From positions 88,029 through 152,028 of the forward strand of contig OZ246397.1 of NCBI GenBank assembly GCA_965230945.1: a DNA stretch of 64,000 nucleotides, written 5' to 3'. Below the pieces are notes generated by a model, which was not told the DNA's origin, ran no database searches, and was given only the letters and a program-made list of their open reading frames with translations. Below are positions 57,208-64,000 of the stretch, one piece after another (within the stretch, counting starts at the first letter, position 1; each line of letters starts with the position of its first letter). Origin of the DNA: an uncultured Gammaproteobacteria bacterium (GTDB lineage Bacteria; Patescibacteriota; Microgenomatia; PFEM01; JAPLYW01). Position numbers and translations under genes: made by a program.

Positions 57208-58059
57208 ATGAAGATCGATAATAAATTCATTGGCTTAATTTATAACAAGTTTGACTTCCCCATTCGGTTTTTATACTGCAGGCTTCCTCTATTAAGTAGG
57301 CTTTTATTTTGGAAACTCTATTCTTCTAATTTTGAGAAACTGGATAAGAACTTTGAGGAAATGAAAAAGATTATCGAGAAAAGTGGTTTTAGCTTTGAAA
57401 GGAAAACTTGTTTAGAGCTCGGACCGGGAAATTCCTACATAAATGCCTACAACTTATTGATGAATGGGGCAAAGAAGGTTATTCTTGTGGATAAATTTCC
57501 AAGATATATAAAAACAAAAAAACAGAAAGAATTTTTTAATAAAGAATTAAGCTATATTAAACAAAAATATAATCAGCAAGATTTATTTTTTGTTAAAAAC
57601 GGAAAAATTGATAAAAATTATATCGAATTTATTAATGGAGATTTTGCTATAATTAATTTTAAAGAAAAGATTGATTTTGCATTAACTATAAGTGTTTTTG
57701 AACATATTAAAAATGTCGAAAAGGTAATTGCTAAATTAAGCAAAGTGATTAAAAAGAATGGGTTAATATATCACTCAATTGATTTGAGGGATTATTACAA
57801 CTTCAATAATCCTTTTTTATTTTATAAATATTCGAAAGATACTTGGGAAAGATATTTAACAAAAGAAGGAACTAGCTACACAAATCGATTAAGATATAAA
57901 AATTTTAAAAATTTATTTAAAAAATATGGGTTCAAAATTATCTTTCAAGAACTCAAAAGATTTGAACTAATTACTAAAGTTAATATCTCAAAAGATTTTG
58001 ATATAAAAGATAAAGCTTTAAATGTTGGAATAATCAGCATTTTGTTAAAAAGAAAATGA
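57208..58059 (+). CDS. Class I SAM-dependent methyltransferase
   Basis: CLELGPG, VFEHI and YTNRLR. Confidence 0.85.
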   Translation: MKIDNKFIGLIYNKFDFPIRFLYCRLPLLSRLLFWKLYSSNFEKLDKNFEEMKKIIEKSGFSFERKTCLELGPGNSYINAYNLLMNGAKKVILVDKFPRYIKTKKQKEFFNKELSYIKQKYNQQDLFFVKNGKIDKNYIEFINGDFAIINFKEKIDFALTISVFEHIKNVEKVIAKLSKVIKKNGLIYHSIDLRDYYNFNNPFLFYKYSKDTWERYLTKEGTSYTNRLRYKNFKNLFKKYGFKIIFQELKRFELITKVNISKDFDIKDKALNVGIISILLKRK

Positions 58060-58181
58060 TTAATTGGAGAAAACCAATCATCTATGCCTTGTTATATTTA
58101 ACTGGAAGTAAAATTTCTAGAAATTTAAGAGAAATTCAAATAATTGATAAACTTTCATTAAAAGAAAAAGAAGAATATTAA
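58056..58181 (+). pseudogene. 41-codon N-terminal gene remnant, possibly CapK/phenylacetate-CoA ligase family
   Basis: ATGA-coupled start; MINWRKPIIYALLYLTGSKISRNLREIQIIDKLSLKEKEEY*. Family assignment is from recalled similarity only. Confidence 0.5.
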
Positions 58182-58187
58182 CTATAT

Positions 58188-59048
58188 GTGAATATGAATA
58201 AAAATAAAACAAAAAAGAATTTAGTTAAATTTAAAGTTAGTGAAATTCAGATGGCCAAAAAAGAGCCTTTAGTTTCAGTGCTACTCTGCACCTATAATGC
58301 CGAGAGATTTATTGTTCCAACAATTAAATCTATAATATCGCAATCTTATAAAAACTTGGAAATATTAATATTAGATAATAATTCTTCAGATAATACTATA
58401 AATATTTTAAAGGAATTATCTAAATTAGATAAGAAAATCAAACTTTTTGAAAGCAAAATCAACCATGGAGCCTATGGAGGGTTAAACTATCTAATGAAAT
58501 TTGCAAAAGGAAAATATATTGCAATAATTGATCATGACGATATATGGCAAAAAAATAAAATTGCTATACAAATTAAATTTTTAGAAAAGAATAAAGAGTA
58601 TGTTGGTTGTGGGTGTTTATCAATATTATATTTTGAAAAGAATGGAGAATTTATTTTACAAAAATACAAATATCAACAAAAATTTGTACCTCACCCTAGC
58701 TTGGTATTCAGAAACGAAGGATACAGATATGATACTTCTATTCTATACAAAACAGATTCTTATTTTATGGAAAAAATACTTTGTAAAGATTCAAAAATAT
58801 TTTTATTTAAAAAATATTTTTATATTAATAGGGTGAGGGAGGATGGAGGTAATCTCTCAAAAAAATTGAGAAACCCTAAAAATATAATTTTAACTTTTAT
58901 TAAGACAAAAGACCTCTCTATGTTATTTAAGGGTCTATTTTGGATTATATTTCCAAAATTTCTTTGGAATACTTTTTATAAAATACTGTTTTCTGGTAAG
59001 AAAATTACTGATTTGGATAAATATGGTTTCAAAAAAGAGGACTTATAG
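58188..59048 (+). CDS. Glycosyltransferase family 2
   Basis: PLVSVLLCTYN, LDNNSSD and IDHDD. ATG at 58251 is a likely start. Confidence 0.9.
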   Translation: MNMNKNKTKKNLVKFKVSEIQMAKKEPLVSVLLCTYNAERFIVPTIKSIISQSYKNLEILILDNNSSDNTINILKELSKLDKKIKLFESKINHGAYGGLNYLMKFAKGKYIAIIDHDDIWQKNKIAIQIKFLEKNKEYVGCGCLSILYFEKNGEFILQKYKYQQKFVPHPSLVFRNEGYRYDTSILYKTDSYFMEKILCKDSKIFLFKKYFYINRVREDGGNLSKKLRNPKNIILTFIKTKDLSMLFKGLFWIIFPKFLWNTFYKILFSGKKITDLDKYGFKKEDL

Positions 59049-59101
59049 ATTTAAGATGGTTATTAACCGAAAAAATTTCTAATTTTGAAAAGATTAGAGC
59101 G

Positions 59102-59266
59102 AAAAATATTGATGAAATTGCAGAAGCCATAAAAAAAGTAATTGAAGATAAAAATTTAAGAGAAAATCTAATTAAAGAGGGTTATAAAAATGTAAAAAGA
59201 TTTTCTTGGAATAAGTCTGCAAGGAATTTATTAAGGGTCTATGAGAAAGTTTATAATGAAAGATAA
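59102..59266 (+). pseudogene. C-terminal remnant of a GT4 glycosyltransferase
   Basis: Frame without a start codon: KNIDEIAEAIKKVIEDKNLRENLIKEGYKNVKRFSWNKSARNLLRVYEKVYNER*. Matches the C-terminal pattern of 40174..41316. Confidence 0.8.
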
Positions 59267-60236
59267 AAAGTTTCCCCTAATCAGTGTAGTAATGTTAAAT
59301 TATAACGGCCTGGAATATCTAAAAAGAACCATTCCACCGATTTTAAAATTGGATTATCCAAATTATGAATTTATAATTGTGGACAATGGATCCAATGATG
59401 GCAGTCTGCAATTTATAAAAAAATTTAAAAAAATAAAGGTTATAGAAAATAAAAAAAATCTGGGCCTTTCTAGGGGTAAAAATTTAGGAATTAAAAAAGC
59501 CAATGGAGAATACATATTTTCAATTGACAATGATATTGTGGTTAATATAAATAAAAATGATTTAGAAAGATTAATAAACTTTTATAAAGAAGATGCAGGT
59601 TTTATTCAATTCCCATTAAAAAACAAAAACAGCAATCGTATATTTTATTATGGTGTTTATTTTTCTTTTTATGGGCTTAATATGCACAGGCCATCGGTTG
59701 ATATTAAAAAAATACTAAATTTATCAGGCGATTTTATTGAAATTGGTGGCCCAACCGGAGGTTGTTTTTTTTGCAGTAAAAAAAATTGGGAGAAGATTGG
59801 TGGTTTTGACGAATCTCAAACTTTTAATATAGATGATGCAGATATAGGTTCAAGGTCGATGATTTATGGGTATAAAAACTACCTGTACACAAAAGATTAT
59901 TTTATCCATCTAGGGATTGGAAAAACATTAACTATAAAAAATTATTGCAACAAGTATAAACTTCTTTTTTCAGGTCATGCGAGAAGTATAATTAAAAACT
60001 ACAGCTTGAAAAATTTAATTCTTTTATTCCCCATATTTTTTATTTTCCAATCTATAAAAACAATCAGATATTCTATAAAAAAGAGAAGCCCAACAGTATT
60101 ATTAGCTTTTTTAAAATCTCTAAGTATATTTATTAAGAATCTTCCTGATACATTTAGACAAAGAAAAATAGTTCAATCAAAAAGAATCATAAAAAAAGAT
60201 ATTTTTCTAGAAATTAAAGTACCAAGATTTAAATAG
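59256..60236 (+). CDS. Glycosyltransferase family 2
   Basis: PLISVVMLNYN, VDNGSND, IDND and IGGFDE. ATG 59256 preferred to 59241. Confidence 0.9.
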   Translation: MKDKKFPLISVVMLNYNGLEYLKRTIPPILKLDYPNYEFIIVDNGSNDGSLQFIKKFKKIKVIENKKNLGLSRGKNLGIKKANGEYIFSIDNDIVVNINKNDLERLINFYKEDAGFIQFPLKNKNSNRIFYYGVYFSFYGLNMHRPSVDIKKILNLSGDFIEIGGPTGGCFFCSKKNWEKIGGFDESQTFNIDDADIGSRSMIYGYKNYLYTKDYFIHLGIGKTLTIKNYCNKYKLLFSGHARSIIKNYSLKNLILLFPIFFIFQSIKTIRYSIKKRSPTVLLAFLKSLSIFIKNLPDTFRQRKIVQSKRIIKKDIFLEIKVPRFK

Positions 60237-61502
60237 ATGAATAATTTTATAAAAAATAAATACCAACAGCATAAAGAAATAATTCATAATTTTATTTGGA
60301 GAGCGTTGCAAATATTTGGCAAACAAGGAATCACTTTCTTAATATTCATCTTATGTGCTAAATTACTTACTCCTTATGATTTTGGTATTTACAATTATAT
60401 TTTAGCAGTTATTTTCTTTTTGATTATCTTTGGAGATTTTGGTATCTCAACAGCCACCTCAAAATATGTGGCAGAATATAATACCACAGATAAAAAAAAG
60501 TTAAAGGCGATTTTATTTAATTCTTTAATTATTCTTACAGCCTTAGGTTTTATCGTAACTTTATTAACTGTTTTTTTTGGAAAATTTTTCTTAAGAGAAA
60601 AGTATATCTTTGTATTGTATGCCCTACCTCTTATTTTCTTAGCTCCAATAAGCTCCTTATATGATGGCATCTTCAGGGGGTTAAAAAGGTTTAAAGAATT
60701 GGCAATTATCTCTTTATTTGTAGGTTTTTTCTCTGTTATTTTTGTATATCTTCTAGTTAAAAATTTTGGTTTGATTGGAGCCTTAGTTTCTCAAAATTTA
60801 TTTTATTTCGCCCTGGTTTTAACCTTATTTTTTGTTTATAGAAATTTACATTTCCAATTTGATAAAAAATTAATGAAAACTATTTTTTCTTATTCTCTTG
60901 TCATTGGTGTTTCAAGCGTTGCTTATTTCTTATATTCAAGAGTCGATATTTTAGTTTTAGGTCATTTTGGCTATATTAAGGAAATTGGATATTACGAATT
61001 AATCAATAAATTTTTTGCAATAATGATACTGCCTTTTGTTATATCTGCACAAGTAATTGCTCCAAATATAACGGCTTATTTTGCTAAAAAGGAATATTCT
61101 AAAATCAGAAAAAAATTATATTCATTTATAAAAACTCTCATTCCTCTATCAATAATTGTTGCTATTTTCTTCTATTTTATTTTTCCTCAATTAATAAGAA
61201 TATTTTTACCAGAATATTTTGTCAGAGAAATGCTTATCTCAATAATGATTTTAAGTTTTTTAATCCCAACGAAAATTTGGGGAGTCTTTCAAATACAAGG
61301 TTTTGTAGTTGCAACAGGATATGCAAAAATAATAGCTATAACTACATTAATTGGTGGTATTTTAAATGTTATTTTTGACATAATATTTATTAAATGGGTT
61401 GGATTTACGGGAGTATTTTGGGTTACTTTAATCATTCATACAATAAGTATATTTACAGTGACTTTCTTTTATACTAAACGGTTAAGTGGTGAAATAAAAT
61501 GA
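60237..61502 (+). CDS. Wzx-type oligosaccharide flippase
   Basis: AKLLTPYDFG, DFGIS, VDILVLG and IGYY motifs; many TM segments. Confidence 0.9.
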   Translation: MNNFIKNKYQQHKEIIHNFIWRALQIFGKQGITFLIFILCAKLLTPYDFGIYNYILAVIFFLIIFGDFGISTATSKYVAEYNTTDKKKLKAILFNSLIILTALGFIVTLLTVFFGKFFLREKYIFVLYALPLIFLAPISSLYDGIFRGLKRFKELAIISLFVGFFSVIFVYLLVKNFGLIGALVSQNLFYFALVLTLFFVYRNLHFQFDKKLMKTIFSYSLVIGVSSVAYFLYSRVDILVLGHFGYIKEIGYYELINKFFAIMILPFVISAQVIAPNITAYFAKKEYSKIRKKLYSFIKTLIPLSIIVAIFFYFIFPQLIRIFLPEYFVREMLISIMILSFLIPTKIWGVFQIQGFVVATGYAKIIAITTLIGGILNVIFDIIFIKWVGFTGVFWVTLIIHTISIFTVTFFYTKRLSGEIK

Positions 61503-62227
61503 TTTTAAGAATTTACAGAAAAATAAATAATAAATTAAAAAGATTATTTTTTGATTGTTATTATTATTTTTATAATTTAACGGATAGAGATTTAAGCTGT
61601 AAAATTAATAGGATTTTATCTTTCAATGAAAAATCAATTAATATGTCTGAGAATGAACAAGAAGAACAAGCTCTGCCGGGAATGTCTAAATATTTTAAAA
61701 ATGGTTGGTATAAATATATGCTTGGCCGATATTTATTTAGTTTAAAATATATAAAGAATAAGTCTGTCTTAGATACTGCTTGCGGGTTCGGTTGGGGAAG
61801 TTATTTGATTTCAAATTACGCAAAAAAGATTGCTGCGGTTGATATTAATAGTAAAGCTTTAGCTTTTGCAAAAAAAACTTGGAAAGAACAAAATCTGATA
61901 TTTAAACAATTATCCATTTTAGAACTAGAAAAACTAAAAGAAACATTTGATGTGGTCTTAGGCTATGAAATTATAGAACATTTAAATATCTCAGATGGTG
62001 AGAAATACATCTTACAAATTTCTAAAGTGTTAAAAAATAACGGGGTATTAATTATGTCTTCTTATTTTCCCGAATCAAAGAAGGATGCAAAAAAAATCGA
62101 AAAAAGAAATATTTTTCATCTACATATATACACAAAATCTGAGGTTAGATATTTTTTGAATAAACATGATTTTAATAATGTTAAATATTATGGTGATCTA
62201 ATTATTATAGCAAGTAAAGATAATTAA
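61499..62227 (+). CDS. Class I SAM-dependent methyltransferase
   Basis: VLDTACGFGWG, AVDI, YEIIEH and NIFHLH. Confidence 0.9.
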   Translation: MILRIYRKINNKLKRLFFDCYYYFYNLTDRDLSCKINRILSFNEKSINMSENEQEEQALPGMSKYFKNGWYKYMLGRYLFSLKYIKNKSVLDTACGFGWGSYLISNYAKKIAAVDINSKALAFAKKTWKEQNLIFKQLSILELEKLKETFDVVLGYEIIEHLNISDGEKYILQISKVLKNNGVLIMSSYFPESKKDAKKIEKRNIFHLHIYTKSEVRYFLNKHDFNNVKYYGDLIIIASKDN

Positions 62228-62229
62228 TT

Positions 62230-63582
62230 ATGAAAAAAATATGCCTAGTTTATCCTGCCCAAACAGAACTTCCCTATTTTTTTAATAAAATAACAAATAT
62301 TCCTAAAAATCCGGTTTTATTACCTCCCCTAGGCTTACTTTATATAGCTTCAAATTCAAAATACAAAATAGATATTTTAGATAATAGGGTTGAAAAATTA
62401 GATGATAGTAAACTTTTTGAAAAATTAAAAAAATATGATGTTGTCGGCTTCGGGGGTACAATTTTTGAGGCTAAACAGGCGGTAAAAGTTTCTACTTGTT
62501 TAAAAAAAATAGGCAAAATTACAATCTATGGTGGTCCAAATGCGACAGTTAATTGGGAGTTATATTTAGGAAAATTTTCCTACATTATCAGAGGGGAAGC
62601 AGAAGAGTTAATTGATAAATTATTGAATAAACTTAATTCAAAAAATAAAGAATTTATATATAAAGATGGAACTTATGTTAATAAAGATATCAACAGAATC
62701 GAACATCTAGACCGACTTAAATTCCCCAATAGAGATTTAATTGACTTATCGAAGTATAAAAGAATTGAAAGCTCATATTTACCAGGTATTTCCCCTGTAG
62801 ATACTGTGGTTAGTAGTAGAGGCTGTCCCTTTGATTGTACCTTCTGCTCTTCTTCTTATATCTGGAATAGAAGGTATACTTTCAGGCCGATGGATAATGT
62901 TATTGAAGAAATAAAAATGATGATAAAAAAGTATAAAACTAAGGGTATTTATTTTAGGGAAGACAATTTTACCATTTTAAAAAAAGGAGTCATAGAATTT
63001 TGTGAGAAAGTAAAAAATCTAAAGATAAAATGGATGTGTGAATCGAGGGTGGATACTTTAGACGAAGAGATGATAAAAAAAATGAAAAATAGTGGCTGTG
63101 ACGCGATTTGGTTTGGGATAGAGTCAACTAACAATAAAACACTTCAATTAATTAATAAGGGATTTAAAATTGAAACAGTCATAAAGACAATAAATCTTTG
63201 TAAAAATTATGGAATAAAAACCGGCGGTGGTTTTATGCTTGGTTTCCCGCATGAGAAAAAAGAAGATATTTTAAAGACAATAAAAGAATCGAAAAAAATG
63301 GGACTGGATACAGTTTTCTATAATAGAGTATGGGCAATTCCAAAGTCTGCGATGTATGAGTTTATTATTAAAAATAAATTAGATACCTATAAATTTGAAA
63401 ATATAATTATTCCCGCCACAAAATACTTATCGGCAGATGAAGTAACAGATCTTTATTATAAAAACGTTGGCAAAGACAAATGGCAAATTATAGTTTTCAA
63501 AAAAATTATAGGTGAAAAAAAATTATTAGGATTTAAGAATAAACACCCATTAATTGTTAATTTCTCTAAGAAGTTCTTTTAA
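62230..63582 (+). CDS. B12-binding domain radical SAM protein
   Basis: PPLGLLYIAS, GGPNAT, SRGCPFDCTFC (CxxxCxxC), EDNF, FGIES and FMLGFP. Confidence 0.92.
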   Translation: MKKICLVYPAQTELPYFFNKITNIPKNPVLLPPLGLLYIASNSKYKIDILDNRVEKLDDSKLFEKLKKYDVVGFGGTIFEAKQAVKVSTCLKKIGKITIYGGPNATVNWELYLGKFSYIIRGEAEELIDKLLNKLNSKNKEFIYKDGTYVNKDINRIEHLDRLKFPNRDLIDLSKYKRIESSYLPGISPVDTVVSSRGCPFDCTFCSSSYIWNRRYTFRPMDNVIEEIKMMIKKYKTKGIYFREDNFTILKKGVIEFCEKVKNLKIKWMCESRVDTLDEEMIKKMKNSGCDAIWFGIESTNNKTLQLINKGFKIETVIKTINLCKNYGIKTGGGFMLGFPHEKKEDILKTIKESKKMGLDTVFYNRVWAIPKSAMYEFIIKNKLDTYKFENIIIPATKYLSADEVTDLYYKNVGKDKWQIIVFKKIIGEKKLLGFKNKHPLIVNFSKKFF

Positions 63583-63586
63583 TAAT

Positions 63587-64000
63587 ATGTTTACCCCCAA
63601 AATTTCAGTAGTAATGTCTGTTTATAACTCTGAAAAATTTTTGGATGCAGCAATCAAGAGCATTCTTGAGCAAAGCTTTAAAAATTTCGAGTTTATTATT
63701 ATTAATGACGGATCTACAGATAATTCATCGGAAATCATTAAAAAATATATTGAAAATGATAAAAAAATTGTCTTGATTAACAATAAAAAAAATTTGGGTA
63801 GGGCTAAAAGCAGAAATGAAGGCCTAAAAATTGCTAGGGGGAAATACGTTGCTATATTAGACTCTGACGACATTGCTTTGCCGGAGAGATTAGGGGAACA
63901 ATATAATTTCTTGGGAAAAAACAGAGAATTTTTTTTAGTTGGTTCAAGTGCATATAATATTGATGAACAAGGAGGTATTTTAACAACACACAAGTCAATA
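63587..64000 (+). CDS. Glycosyltransferase family 2, 3' end outside window
   Basis: Translated by hand: MFTPKISVVMSVYNSEKFL...INDGSTDNS...NLGRAKSRN...ILDSDD. Confidence 0.9.
   Translation, partial: MFTPKISVVMSVYNSEKFLDAAIKSILEQSFKNFEFIIINDGSTDNSSEIIKKYIENDKKIVLINNKKNLGRAKSRNEGLKIARGKYVAILDSDDIALPERLGEQYNFLGKNREFFLVGSSAYNIDEQGGILTTHKSI

Noticed and set aside
2965-63993. Short antisense or overlapping ORFs on the track (e.g. 2965, 3792, 5018, 5372, 9224, 12881, 12945, 14084, 14440, 15183, 19322, 21303, 26104, 27246, 32781, 33251, 33856, 34233, 34285, 38158, 44050, 45865, 46979, 49491, 49926, 50942, 53630, 58600, 60395, 62949, 63622)
   Set aside because: They lie opposite or out of frame within well-supported genes and show no recognisable motifs, so they are treated as shadow ORFs.

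Overview
This window looks like a housekeeping and envelope region of a low-GC bacterium using genetic code 11. Gene content and protein style point to Patescibacteria/CPR, Microgenomates-like (inference). From left to right it holds: the end of a glycan operon (O-antigen ligase-like gene, GT2, a chimeric methyltransferase/GT2 remnant); a large secreted lectin-like/alpha-beta-hydrolase protein; an HExxH protein; tRNA-Val(CAC); lepB, parB, rpmA, rplU, rodA and ileS; and a minus-strand dcw cluster (mraZ-rsmH-ftsL-ftsI-murE-murC-murB-murA-murF-mraY-murD-ftsW-xth, a small insert, then murG-ftsQ-ftsA-ftsZ). After glyQS and recO comes a ~29 kb surface-glycan locus (DUF4012, priming transferase, GDP-mannose pyrophosphorylase, many GT2/GT4/GT-C genes, a Wzy/WaaL-like gene, two flippases, an acetyltransferase, methyltransferases and a B12 radical SAM) whose last ~7 kb is very AT-rich. 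I found no CRISPR array, transposase or integrase. The most notable signals are: an IleRS with GVHH in place of HIGH (mupirocin hyper-resistance type); an 18-nt bidirectional, probably leaderless promoter linking murG to a DUF4258-like gene; an unannotated 49-aa zinc-finger microprotein operon inside the dcw cluster; a recurring promoter-hairpin-U-tract-AUG leader; and five gene scars suggesting repeated remodelling of the glycan genes. All calls come from motif recognition by eye, not database searches.
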